Notes: generated by a model from the letters alone, not told the origin. Positions 10,145 to 20,312 are shown, counted from the first letter of the stretch. The stretch: DNA of 64,000 bases from Candidatus Latescibacterota bacterium (GCA_965208125.1 OZ242320.1:1888001-1952000), one strand, 5' to 3'. Numbers and translations: made by a program.

Positions 10145-13100
10145 TTAATCTACCTCGTCAGGCTCAGGATATTGATGGATGGTTTCTGCTTCACAACTGG
10201 CATCTACATTCCGCATGGAAGATGGAGTAGGCCATGACCGTCTGACCCAGTCTTCCAACGGCTCAGACCCCGCTGGATACATAAGCGGTATATTGGACCC
10301 CGGTGGACCAAAACCGCCATATTCCGGGGGAAGAACACGCCTCCAATGATCAACCTGTTCATCAAAATACTTCAGAGTCAGATCTTGTTCACCAGAATCT
10401 ATGCCCTTAACCCGTTCCTCAATAACTGAACGGATATTCGCTATTAAGTCGGCATCGGGAAACGGTTGAGGACGCTCCCTATTATCAGAATGACCCCAGT
10501 ATCGGACGAGTGCGACCAGAAGAGCACGGAGCGCACGCTCTCTAACAGGAGCAGCAAACGGCGTCACACTCGTTGGTTCAACATGGCGATAAATACTCGC
10601 ATGAAATGACCGAAAGTGTTCATAATGTGACCGATCACGGGGTTTGCCCGTGTTGTAGATGGAAATAACCAGCCCAGGATGTCTGCGTCCTACCCGGCTG
10701 GTGGCCTGAATATATTCAGACGTGGTTTTGGGCTGTCCAACTACTGCCATTAGACCAAGGCGGGAAACGTCAATACCTACAGAGATCATATTGGTTGCGA
10801 GACAAATGTCCACAGGTTGATCCTGTGAAGAGTACTTGTGTTCCAGCTTCTGAAGTGATTCAGGAATATCAGTACTGGAAACACGGCTGGTTAATTCGAG
10901 TACCTGGTTAATAAACCTTCGTTCATCAAAAGTACTCGTCTTTTCAATCTTCTTGCGATTCCACATCGCATTCAGATATTCACGGATGTCAGCACGAATA
11001 AGTGTAGCCGCATGTCCAAGTTCGCGCAAACTATTGAAGTAATCAATCAAAGTCCAGTATGAATCTCGATCACTTTCATTGGATACCCGAGCCGAGCGCG
11101 TGGCCTGTAGCAGGGCTGCAATTACCCGCACTTGTGCCGTAACATGCGATGGCAACGCAGATGCATGAACACCAGCATACAATCTACCCGGCGAACAGTT
11201 GTCTTCCTCAGCAAAAAACGAATCACCGGCCTGCAAACACTGAGGGGGAAAAAGGAAAACGTTCCGGGCATACAGAGACTGAACCTGTTCTTCAGCACGA
11301 GAAATGGTTGCTGTCGATGCAATAATTTTTGGCCTGATTTTACGGTCTTCTTTTATATGTGAACAGAGTTCGTCAATGACCGTTTCATAATGACCCACCA
11401 TTGAACCCAATGGGCCGGAGATCAGATGCAACTCATCCTGAATAACCAGGTTTGGTGGCGAAACATTATCTCCGTCTCTAATACCAAAGAGTTTACGTGC
11501 ATCTGGAAACCAGGGCAATAGGGCAAATTTGTCAACGGTTCCAATAAGTAGCGTTGGTGGAGATTCATAGATTTCCTCGTCAATAACCTTCAATGGCAGT
11601 TCCCTACTAAAGTCACAGGCTGAATCATGACATCTAAATTTCACTGTTGATGGACGTAGCCTTTTTTCATACCCAAAAATCCTGACTCGATTCCCTGTAC
11701 TTACAGGTCCCATCTGAGCACTACACCAGGGACATTGAAGAACGATAAATGGATTTTCGCGTGTTTTGCCTTGACTGAGGCGAGTCAAGGCAGTGACTGC
11801 ATCACTCCGCTTATTGGGCGTGAGACTTCCTCCTACCCAAAGACCGATAGTGATAGGATCCGATCCAAGGTCCGGAGATCTACGTCTGATGATTTCACAG
11901 GCACAGATCAGCGATGCTGAACGCTGGAATTGTTGCGTTGTCAATAGCCGCAAAGTGTAGCGCATCAACACCGCTGTGCCCGCATCATCAAGATCAATAA
12001 GACGTCGAAAGAAAATGGTAAATGCGGTGAGTCCGAGATACGCTTCTGTTTTACCTCCACCTGTAGGAAACCAGATCAGATCTACAATATCGCGTTCATC
12101 ATCAAGTATCGCAATTGAACGAAGATTCATGAGAATAAACGCAATCTGAAAAGGATACCAAGAACCCAGACCACACCGTGGATTAGCCGGATCAGGCCAT
12201 GTTACAGGATCGATTTTCTTTTGACTTATATCTTTCCAAGTTCGCGGAGAAAGATCATAATGCAATTGCTGAAGCAACATCGCATGGTTGGCCAGCCGAA
12301 AAGCACGCATAACTATAGAATCGGTCTTAAGCAGATCCAGACCAGAGCGCATACGGCGTAAGCATTCCCGACACTTGTTAAGATGGCGCAATGCAGCCTT
12401 TTGAAATTCCTGTGGAAAGTCTGGACCATCCATAGTGACTTGTTGTTGCTCTATCCACTCTTCGTATTTATCGCATAGAGAATTAAGAACAGGATCTATA
12501 GCTGCTTCGTCGCCCAGTGTGCTCAGATCATACATTTTAAGATCAAGGTCTGGAAAACTTGTTGGAACAATAGGTTTGATCTCGTAGCTCGGAATAATAT
12601 CCGACTGAATCATATCAGCACGGTCTTCATCTACCTCGTTCCAATCGGCAGCACAACCATGCCCCACGGCATACGTCTTACGATGACGATACAGAAGCCT
12701 CAATGATTCCTCTTCCTTGTCCAGAGATTCGCCTTCTTTATCGGGATATTCAAGAAACGGAGCACTCTGGTCAGCAGCCCGCAACCTGAGTTCAACCTGA
12801 AAAAAGCATTTTTTGTTATCAGCCTGACCTGTCGTTGATTCGTGGCGGTTGATTAGCGCGACAGTCAAAAGTCGCCGGGATCTTCCATCCTCTCCTGGCT
12901 GCCGGGGCCTGCTGAGAATCCGAACTTGAAGATTTACGTCTTCACCTTTTTTATTTTTTACACTCCCGGGCCACATTTGAATGCCCTTGCCATCCAGCTC
13001 AGAAGAAGGAACTTCAAGGACACATTCAAGCGGTGTCCGAAGGTACTGGCGACCTTTTCTCGTTTCACCACTTTTCGTTATATATTCCCGGGGTTCTTCA

Positions 13101-13495
13101 TGATAGATTCCGGCTTTGACCTCAACGAGAAAACCCGCTTCTGGTAAGGTAGTCAGACAACTGAAACCGATTGCAGAAGGCAGATAAGAATTGGTCAACG
13201 AAGTAATTTCTTCAGCACTCTGGTCCTCAATGATTTCGCGTCCCCCACGGTCCTCCTTAACATCAATGTCCGTTTCTTCTGTTTCTATTTCTACTTCTAC
13301 TCCGGTCGTTTCTGCACTTTCTACATCCTCGGATTTTTCAGCAGACACACCCTGTGGGAAAAGCACACCTGCTCCATAACGTAGCCGGGGCGGATCGGTG
13401 ATAAGGATTTCTTCACCATTGTCCTGGACATCTGGCGGAATAGGATCTGGACCGATCAGTTCAGCACGCAAAAAATCTATAATCTGGTCTCTCAT
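10145..13495 (-). CDS. drmA: DISARM DrmA-like SF2 helicase
   Basis: 'LIWFPTGGGKTEAY', 'RYTLRLLTTQQFQR', 'QDELHLISGPLGS', 'STAT', 'ATNMISVGIDVSRLGLM', 'QATSRVGR'. Directly upstream of drmB. Confidence 0.9.
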   Translation of the reverse strand: MRDQIIDFLRAELIGPDPIPPDVQDNGEEILITDPPRLRYGAGVLFPQGVSAEKSEDVESAETTGVEVEIETEETDIDVKEDRGGREIIEDQSAEEITSLTNSYLPSAIGFSCLTTLPEAGFLVEVKAGIYHEEPREYITKSGETRKGRQYLRTPLECVLEVPSSELDGKGIQMWPGSVKNKKGEDVNLQVRILSRPRQPGEDGRSRRLLTVALINRHESTTGQADNKKCFFQVELRLRAADQSAPFLEYPDKEGESLDKEEESLRLLYRHRKTYAVGHGCAADWNEVDEDRADMIQSDIIPSYEIKPIVPTSFPDLDLKMYDLSTLGDEAAIDPVLNSLCDKYEEWIEQQQVTMDGPDFPQEFQKAALRHLNKCRECLRRMRSGLDLLKTDSIVMRAFRLANHAMLLQQLHYDLSPRTWKDISQKKIDPVTWPDPANPRCGLGSWYPFQIAFILMNLRSIAILDDERDIVDLIWFPTGGGKTEAYLGLTAFTIFFRRLIDLDDAGTAVLMRYTLRLLTTQQFQRSASLICACEIIRRRSPDLGSDPITIGLWVGGSLTPNKRSDAVTALTRLSQGKTRENPFIVLQCPWCSAQMGPVSTGNRVRIFGYEKRLRPSTVKFRCHDSACDFSRELPLKVIDEEIYESPPTLLIGTVDKFALLPWFPDARKLFGIRDGDNVSPPNLVIQDELHLISGPLGSMVGHYETVIDELCSHIKEDRKIRPKIIASTATISRAEEQVQSLYARNVFLFPPQCLQAGDSFFAEEDNCSPGRLYAGVHASALPSHVTAQVRVIAALLQATRSARVSNESDRDSYWTLIDYFNSLRELGHAATLIRADIREYLNAMWNRKKIEKTSTFDERRFINQVLELTSRVSSTDIPESLQKLEHKYSSQDQPVDICLATNMISVGIDVSRLGLMAVVGQPKTTSEYIQATSRVGRRHPGLVISIYNTGKPRDRSHYEHFRSFHASIYRHVEPTSVTPFAAPVRERALRALLVALVRYWGHSDNRERPQPFPDADLIANIRSVIEERVKGIDSGEQDLTLKYFDEQVDHWRRVLPPEYGGFGPPGSNIPLMYPAGSEPLEDWVRRSWPTPSSMRNVDASCEAETIHQYPEPDEVD

Positions 13496-15273
13496 TCTGT
13501 TCCTTTCTGAATGCTCCTGCGAATCGCTTCCTGGTACTCTCCTCGCGCAGAATCAGAGATCAAAACTGATAACCTGTATTTAGCGCGAGACATTCCCACA
13601 TACAGCAGTGCCCGGTTACGGTCATTGAGCACCTGTTTAATATCAGTAATAATAATAACAGAACTCTCAAGTCCCTTGAATGAGTGAATTGTTGAAAATC
13701 TGATAACATTCCGAAGTCGTTTCTGTAACCCTGATCTGGTAAGGTCTGCTATTTTGAAAGATATATGATCGCCTGCTGCAAGACATGAGTGCTCAAATGT
13801 CGCTGGGGATAGAATGGTTATGGTCTCGCTTTTGATACCATCAGCACGAAGTTGGTTGATAATTTCGTCTATCTGTTTACATTGATCAGCGTCATCACTG
13901 TAGAATCTGTAATCTACAGGCATCCCTTCTATACTGGCAGGTAAAAACGGCGGTATGTCAAATCCCGAAATGAACGAGACTTCTTCCCCTATTGGACGTG
14001 TGTTTCGACAATTGGTAAGCAGACGAAATCGTGTATATTGAGCCGTGCGCTGTCCAAGCTCACAAAGCATTGTATTTTCATCGGTATCTCCGTAGATCGT
14101 CTGGTGATGGAAGTCGCAGAAAATTGCCCATGTGCCACCGGCAAGCCCCCCTTTGAGTAGCCCATCAAAAACATCCAGATATTCGGAACGAATAAGATCC
14201 TGACCTTCATCAATGATAAGCGTATCATACGATTCAGTCACATTTTCTGATAGGGCATCAAGCGCAAATAGCGGATATAGTTCGCCAAAAAGATAATTTT
14301 GATCTTCTGTTTGTTTTATTTTGCGAAACTCATTGCTAACACTTGAAGCAGCAATTAAGCGATCAAGAAAATGGTGGAAAGAGTCAATTTCAATGGAGTG
14401 GGGAAGTGTGTTCCCTTTCTCTAAAGCAAGCCATTGTCCTAACAACTTATTAAAACAAATTAGCAAGACTTTTCTACCTGAAGATGCTTCACGGCGGGCA
14501 AATTCAAGAGCAAGTAGCGTTTTTCCAGTCCCGGCACCACCATCGAACAAACATCGCGGATTATCCTGAAGCTGATCAAGGCAGCGATATTGCTCCTCAG
14601 TCAGCCGCAGGATCTGTTCCTCTGTCTCAATTAACACATCAGAAGGTTTGACGATTTGCTCAAAATTACCTCGCAGAAAATCCACAAGTTCCCGGATGTC
14701 TGACAGCGAAGGACGAGATCCCTGTTCATCATACCAGGGCTGGGATTGCACATTGCGACGGGTATTTATGGAAAGATTGAGAATATATCTGCTTACTGGT
14801 TGGCGGCGAGAATCCCTGTCATAGACCTGCCAGGATTCAATCTCTGGATCATCTTGAGCAAAGGAGATATGTGGGAACACGAGACCAAAACCATACAGGA
14901 GTCTGGTAAAACGATGTTGCCGACCAAAGTGTTTTCGAACAGCCTCAAGCAGGGAAAACATGCCATCCCTGGCCTGCCTGAATGGACCAACAGTGCTCGT
15001 TGACACGTCGCCGTATTTGTTGGTATAATTCCAGACGCCTTCTTGACGAGCGACCCTGCCGGATTTGATTTCCAGACAGAAAATTCCTTCATTTGGAATG
15101 AGTACCACAAAGTCAATCTCGCCATAGACTCGCTTCACATGCCTTGCAAGACTGAGAGAATGCAGGCAAACCCAATCAGCCGTTGCAGGATCATGTCGCA
15201 ATAGATCAAAGAACTGCTTCTCCCCGGTGCTTTTGATCTCTTCTGGATAATAGGGGGGGATCATTCGAGCCAT
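13492..15273 (-). CDS. NERD nuclease fused to an SF1 (UvrD/DUF2075-like) helicase
   Basis: NERD motif 'EIDFVVL...FCLEIKSG', Walker A 'GGAGTGKT', 'IIDEGQD', 'STIHSFKGLES', 'LYVGMSRAK'. Overlaps both neighbouring genes. Confidence 0.85.
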   Translation of the reverse strand: MARMIPPYYPEEIKSTGEKQFFDLLRHDPATADWVCLHSLSLARHVKRVYGEIDFVVLIPNEGIFCLEIKSGRVARQEGVWNYTNKYGDVSTSTVGPFRQARDGMFSLLEAVRKHFGRQHRFTRLLYGFGLVFPHISFAQDDPEIESWQVYDRDSRRQPVSRYILNLSINTRRNVQSQPWYDEQGSRPSLSDIRELVDFLRGNFEQIVKPSDVLIETEEQILRLTEEQYRCLDQLQDNPRCLFDGGAGTGKTLLALEFARREASSGRKVLLICFNKLLGQWLALEKGNTLPHSIEIDSFHHFLDRLIAASSVSNEFRKIKQTEDQNYLFGELYPLFALDALSENVTESYDTLIIDEGQDLIRSEYLDVFDGLLKGGLAGGTWAIFCDFHHQTIYGDTDENTMLCELGQRTAQYTRFRLLTNCRNTRPIGEEVSFISGFDIPPFLPASIEGMPVDYRFYSDDADQCKQIDEIINQLRADGIKSETITILSPATFEHSCLAAGDHISFKIADLTRSGLQKRLRNVIRFSTIHSFKGLESSVIIITDIKQVLNDRNRALLYVGMSRAKYRLSVLISDSARGEYQEAIRRSIQKGTE

Positions 15274-17939
15274 TAGAACTCATCCCTGAACAGACGATTG
15301 ACTTCAGTAAGAGGAACCTTTATCTCCTCCTCGTCAATATCTTCAACACAGACTACGAAAGCCTGCCCGATATCTTCAATTTCAATAGTGTGAGATTCGA
15401 CAAGACCTTGCTTTAACAGTGAAGGAACTTGGGCGATGAGCTTTTGAGCAAGAAAATTGGCTGCCTGGAGATGGGCACCACGAACTTCCTTGATTGCTCG
15501 TCGAACATAGTCAAGTTGTTCCTGAAGTTCTTGATCGCCGCTCACGCGAGCAATAATTTCGATGTCCTGCTCATTGCGAGGACCGATGCGGTGTTCGTCA
15601 TTCAGCCAACTTCGGATAGTAATTTCAGTGGGTTTAAGCCCCTCATCCCATAACTCTATCAAAGCTCCGTCAAAACCATCCGAATGCTCACATACGAATC
15701 GCCTGAGTGCTTGCTTCCATAAACCGGCTACCTCTCGATGCTCATTTTTACCTGCCCCAGCAAGCCCTATGTCCGCAATAGCCCGTAAAAGATCACTGTC
15801 CGAACCCTCCCGGAAAATTACATAATCACCGACTTTTAATTGAGAGACGTCCTTGGAAGGAATACCTGCTGATTCGTCAGCATGACCATCAATAAAATCG
15901 GTAACCACAGACACTTTATAATTTGGGCGCAAGTAGGCATACATGTCTTGGGAAAAATCTACAAAACGTGCCTTTGTCGTAGTCTCACCTGGAGCAGACG
16001 GTCTGGCATAGAGGTCACGCCTATAAGTGCGCAGACGAAGTTCAAAATCAACTATGTCAAAATCTGTTTCAGGAGATGGATCAGGCGGTTTTTCCTCTTT
16101 AAACTTTCGTATATCCGAAAGATTTTCTGGTTGTGTCTGAAGAATCTTTGCTTTCTGGGGTTGAGTAAGTTCGGCTTTCCTTAGCTTTTCCTTTTGTCTG
16201 CGCCATCTACTTACTGCCGAGCGGAACCATTCCTGTTCAAAAGGATACATAAGGACTGTGATAGACGGAGCAATACAGTAATCAAACAACTTTCTCATCC
16301 GTTCTGTCCCGAGCCATCCACACACGATGAGATCGTCATAACCCTGCTCAAAGTCAAGTTCAGATGGAGTAACAAAGTGAATACCTTTTTGTTTCCTTCT
16401 GGAAACAATGTCCTCCCAATATCTCTTCGTAATTGACACCTCAGAGGCATCCGCGAGAACAATAGCACTTTGATTTTTTTCAGTCTTATTCTGAAGTATC
16501 TTTTCAAGTTCTGTTATTTTGCCTGAAATACTATTCGGATTTTCTATAAGAGTCTTGATTTTATTTACAAATTCATGGGCTGTATCTACAGCATCTTTTT
16601 CCAACCATATCGCCTTATTTTTAACGTCCAACTGTATTTGTTCAATAAGATTTTCCAGAGCCTTATCCCTGACAACATCATCCTCAACGCCAAACGGACG
16701 CAGTAATCGAGAAAGATTGAGCAGGCAATAGTAAAATCTGCGTTCAATACTTCTGTGTTCGAGATTATCTGAATGACACTGGTTTGAGAATATCTGTAAC
16801 TTCTCTGCTGCAATATCCAACTCTGAGCGTTCACATATCGTTTCCTCAATTTGCCGGACATTGTAATTCTGGACTGTGCGACGAAAATGACGGAAAGGTA
16901 TCTGTTGATTGGATACATCAATGCTTTCGGCAAGCGCAAACTGTTGCAGGTCGTGCTCTGACCAGACCCAGGTCTCAAACCCTCGATCCTCAAGATATTT
17001 GAGATGGTCTATATGCCGATTTTCCATCAGAGCAAGAACGGGATATCCTTCATCAACGATTTCATCAAGTGCCTGAAGATCATTGGCAAATGGAAGATTA
17101 CCGTCAAGAATGATCAGCACATCTGATGATTGACGGTTGGAAAGGTATTCCCAAAGCGTGGTGAGATTGGGAGCAACTCCAATGACAGGTTCTGCGGCGA
17201 TTTGTTGATGCCTCCACCGTTTAAGTTCACCTTCTACCGTAATGCTACCCCACTGGAATAAATCGCGCAATGAAACTGAGTCCTCTGGAGATGCAGGATT
17301 GACGATGCGGGTTTTTTCAGCAAATTGGCGCACTCTTGTCAACCGGGAGACGAGGACTACTTCGTTAGTAAAAATAGAGCGGTTGCCAAAAGAGGGTATG
17401 CCAAGAAGCTTATCAAGAGGATGGACAGGTGGTTGGAAATGCATCTTTTCTATTGGCGTCAATGGCATTTTAGTATCTGTTGCTTGAAAACGCAACCGGT
17501 CACCAATAGGAAATGCCTTGGTAGTATTTTCAGGTCTTTGACCTGCTTTGCCTTTTGCGCTCATCTTCATCCATAAGAACTGGGTTCCATCAAACTTCTC
17601 CTCCTTTATGTATTCTACAACATGTTTATCGTCTAACCGCAATTTTTGACCTGGCGAAAGAGGTTCCAAATTTTCTATAGCATGCCAGAAAGTTTTTTTG
17701 ATAGCTGCAAGTGAGCAGCCCACAGCGATCCACTCTGGACAGTCGAGCAGGAGAGGGAAAATCATTGTCAGACGTTTATACTCCGGGTCTTCACACCGCA
17801 GATTCTCTGCAATATCAAAACCGGCTTGCAGGGCTTCAGGTAGTAGTGATGAGAAGTCCTCCGATCCACAGACCTCAAGTTGCCTGAGAAATGGATGTCG
17901 CTTTTTGATATTCTGTAAGATATTCGTCCAACCAGACAC
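15273..17939 (-). CDS. drmE: DrmE-family protein (class II DISARM)
   Basis: About 890 aa. The C-terminal region 'VGDYVIFRE..DLLR.IAD...WK.AL...TIRSWL...IGP...D...IA......L......AIKEVRGAHLQAA' resembles DrmE as recalled, and the gene context fits. Probable GTG start at 17939 after a G-rich RBS. Confidence 0.7.
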   Translation of the reverse strand: MSGWTNILQNIKKRHPFLRQLEVCGSEDFSSLLPEALQAGFDIAENLRCEDPEYKRLTMIFPLLLDCPEWIAVGCSLAAIKKTFWHAIENLEPLSPGQKLRLDDKHVVEYIKEEKFDGTQFLWMKMSAKGKAGQRPENTTKAFPIGDRLRFQATDTKMPLTPIEKMHFQPPVHPLDKLLGIPSFGNRSIFTNEVVLVSRLTRVRQFAEKTRIVNPASPEDSVSLRDLFQWGSITVEGELKRWRHQQIAAEPVIGVAPNLTTLWEYLSNRQSSDVLIILDGNLPFANDLQALDEIVDEGYPVLALMENRHIDHLKYLEDRGFETWVWSEHDLQQFALAESIDVSNQQIPFRHFRRTVQNYNVRQIEETICERSELDIAAEKLQIFSNQCHSDNLEHRSIERRFYYCLLNLSRLLRPFGVEDDVVRDKALENLIEQIQLDVKNKAIWLEKDAVDTAHEFVNKIKTLIENPNSISGKITELEKILQNKTEKNQSAIVLADASEVSITKRYWEDIVSRRKQKGIHFVTPSELDFEQGYDDLIVCGWLGTERMRKLFDYCIAPSITVLMYPFEQEWFRSAVSRWRRQKEKLRKAELTQPQKAKILQTQPENLSDIRKFKEEKPPDPSPETDFDIVDFELRLRTYRRDLYARPSAPGETTTKARFVDFSQDMYAYLRPNYKVSVVTDFIDGHADESAGIPSKDVSQLKVGDYVIFREGSDSDLLRAIADIGLAGAGKNEHREVAGLWKQALRRFVCEHSDGFDGALIELWDEGLKPTEITIRSWLNDEHRIGPRNEQDIEIIARVSGDQELQEQLDYVRRAIKEVRGAHLQAANFLAQKLIAQVPSLLKQGLVESHTIEIEDIGQAFVVCVEDIDEEEIKVPLTEVNRLFRDEF

Positions 17940-17941
17940 AA

Positions 17942-18607
17942 TTACCCCCCCAATATGCTTCTGCCATAGCAACAGTGCTGCTTTACTGAACACTCATTAC
18001 ATAGAGGATTGCGGCTACGACAGATAAGCGCTCCGTGGTCAAGGAGCGCAAAATTAAATTTACGTGGATGTTTAGTATCAACAAGGATCTCTAACAGGTT
18101 ACGGAATTTTTTGCTACGTCTGGATCCATCAGTCACAGGGATATCCAGAAGCCTCCCGCATATCCTGACTGTATTGGTGTCCAGCAGGGCATCGGGATAC
18201 CCATAAGCAAAACACCGAATTGCTGTTGCGATATAATGGCTGACCCCAGGCAGTGATTCCAGATCTTCACGCTCAGTAGGAATTTGATCCCCAAATCTTG
18301 AATGTAACTCCTGAGCCATGTTATAGAGTAACTCTACGCGCCAGTGCAACCCCAATGGGTAAATCAAAGTTTTAAGTTCTTCGATAGATGCCTTGGCCAG
18401 TTGACTGACGGATGGATACTTTGCTAAAAATTTCTGATACGTCGGCACGACTTGATCAGCACGAGTTCTATGGAGAAGCACTTCAGCAATGGCAATCGCA
18501 TACGGGTCTCGTGTTTCTCGCCAGGGATAATTCCGCTTATTTTTGTTCCACCAGGCAAGCAAATCCTTGCGAAAGGTTTTCAAATCGAAATTGTCGGGAA
18601 AATTCAT
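17942..18607 (-). CDS. HhH-GPD [4Fe-4S] DNA glycosylase, Mig/thymine-mismatch type
   Basis: 'YPWR', 'EVLLHRT', HhH 'LPGVSHY', catalytic Asp in 'LDTN', Fe-S motif C-x6-C-x2-C-x5-C. No MutY C-terminal MutT-like domain. Confidence 0.8.
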   Translation of the reverse strand: MNFPDNFDLKTFRKDLLAWWNKNKRNYPWRETRDPYAIAIAEVLLHRTRADQVVPTYQKFLAKYPSVSQLAKASIEELKTLIYPLGLHWRVELLYNMAQELHSRFGDQIPTEREDLESLPGVSHYIATAIRCFAYGYPDALLDTNTVRICGRLLDIPVTDGSRRSKKFRNLLEILVDTKHPRKFNFALLDHGALICRSRNPLCNECSVKQHCCYGRSILGG

Positions 18608-18608
18608 C

Positions 18609-20219
18609 TCACGGAATCACACCTTTCCGCTTCAGTACATCGTGGACGATATCTGCAATCTGTCTGGCCAAAAGAGGTGGCACAGCATTACCAACCTGAA
18701 CGTATTGCGATGTACGTGGACCGCAAAAAAAATAATTATCCGGGAAGGTTTGAAGTCTTGCTGCCTCCCGGACAGTGAGGCTACGGCACTGCGTCGGATC
18801 GTGATGGATATAGTAATGCCCGTCTTTCGATATATGTGAAGTGACTGTAGTGGCAAGTCTATCGCCAATCTGCACCCGAAATCGATCACTAAAAAGAGGT
18901 TTCCCATTGGCAGCGCGTTTTGCGTTCTTGTGGGCAGGCAAAAGATCGGTGGGAAAATTTTCTAATTTTGGAGATTGCCTCTCAATCTCTGCGAAGCAAG
19001 CAGCATAGAAATAGCGATATAGATCACTCACCATATGCCCGCGCGTGGTGTGGTTGCACACGCCTTCGATACGAGAATCGAGAAACCACTCGGGTTCATA
19101 GTCGATAGCCGTATCACAAGAGATGAACTCACCACCGCGATCAAGGTCAACACTATGGCGAATTTCTTTTAATGCAGTATCCAATTTTTCATGAATTTTG
19201 CCATTCCCTTCTGTTTGCGGCGAAACAAACCAGGGATACTCAGCCATTTTATACAGCCACTTGCGCCAGGCGTCAGCACTATCTTTTTCTCGGGATAATC
19301 CGCTTCTTAATTCGGGTAATCCGGACAATACCTTGCCCGCGGCAACAGTACTCTGTGGTTTAAGAGTCTTTGGCTTAATATCATTAATATCAATAATATC
19401 TTCCCGGATTCCGAGGATAATAACACGATGACGTGCCTGGGGAATACCAAAATATTCCATATGAACTACAAAATCAGAAAGGTTTAAATTACTGACTTCA
19501 CCGGGTTTAATCAACGAGTATAATTTGTATCGACACGGCTTGCGGACCTGCTCAGATATCTGAACCGGACGGTCCTCACGTTTCAGGGCTTCTTCTGGTT
19601 CCTGAAGATCCTTATACATACGTTTGAAGATGTACTGGTTCTTTAAGGTAGCGGACAATAATCCTTTGACGTTTTCCATCACAAAGATAGCTGGTTGGTA
19701 TTCCGCAATGATTTGTAAGTATTCTAAATATAAATATTGTCGGTGATCTTTTTCTGCCTGATAATCAGAGTTCCCACGATTACGAGATCTACCGACAACA
19801 GAGTATGCCTGACAGGGAGGCCCACCGATCAACACCCACTCACAATCCTCTAAAGCATCCTGAATCCATTTATGAATTGTATGAGGATCATCTTTTCCCA
19901 ACTCGGCAAGACGTGCTTCTTGTTGAACTTGTTTATATTTTTCGGGGTACCGACTAAACAGCTTATTTCGTCGCTCATTTTCTCGAATACCAGCCTGGCG
20001 CAGATAATTATAGTAGGCATCCGGGACCTTGTCATGGGGAAACTGGCGAAAGAAGCTACGCAACTGAAGTGTCTGGTGAGCCACAGGATCTTTTTCTATA
20101 GAGAGTTTGATCTGAAAAGGATGCTCACCAGAATATTTATAAGCAGAAAACCCCTCGCCCAGTCCGCCTGGCCCAGCAAATAAGTCAATAACAGGAATTT
20201 TAGTAGTATTTCCCGGCAA
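18609..20219 (-). CDS. DNA (cytosine-5) methyltransferase, occupying the DrmMII role
   Basis: Motif I 'DLFAGPGG', IV 'GGPPCQ', VI 'ENV', VIII 'QARHR', IX/X 'TVREAARLQTFPD...QVGNAVPP'. TTG start with GAAAGG RBS. Confidence 0.92.
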   Translation of the reverse strand: MPGNTTKIPVIDLFAGPGGLGEGFSAYKYSGEHPFQIKLSIEKDPVAHQTLQLRSFFRQFPHDKVPDAYYNYLRQAGIRENERRNKLFSRYPEKYKQVQQEARLAELGKDDPHTIHKWIQDALEDCEWVLIGGPPCQAYSVVGRSRNRGNSDYQAEKDHRQYLYLEYLQIIAEYQPAIFVMENVKGLLSATLKNQYIFKRMYKDLQEPEEALKREDRPVQISEQVRKPCRYKLYSLIKPGEVSNLNLSDFVVHMEYFGIPQARHRVIILGIREDIIDINDIKPKTLKPQSTVAAGKVLSGLPELRSGLSREKDSADAWRKWLYKMAEYPWFVSPQTEGNGKIHEKLDTALKEIRHSVDLDRGGEFISCDTAIDYEPEWFLDSRIEGVCNHTTRGHMVSDLYRYFYAACFAEIERQSPKLENFPTDLLPAHKNAKRAANGKPLFSDRFRVQIGDRLATTVTSHISKDGHYYIHHDPTQCRSLTVREAARLQTFPDNYFFCGPRTSQYVQVGNAVPPLLARQIADIVHDVLKRKGVIP

Positions 20220-20268
20220 GATTTACCTTTCGTTGGAAGGAGAAGTCGCGTTTAGACAGCGTCCCCTA

Positions 20269-20299
20269 TGGATTGCGGCTAACACCAGGCCGCAATGAC
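20269..20299. repeat. 31-bp palindromic repeat, right copy of the inverted pair
   Basis: TGGATTGCGGCTAACACCAGGCCGCAATGAC is the reverse complement of 8181-8211 with 2 mismatches, both in the loop. Confidence 0.85.
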
Positions 20300-20312
20300 G
20301 ATTGCAGAGAAC

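Noticed and set aside
17942-18607. Call as housekeeping mutY or nth
   Set aside because: It lacks the MutY QQT/LGYY motifs and C-terminal domain, and lacks the EndoIII lyase Lys. It is embedded in an MTase operon.
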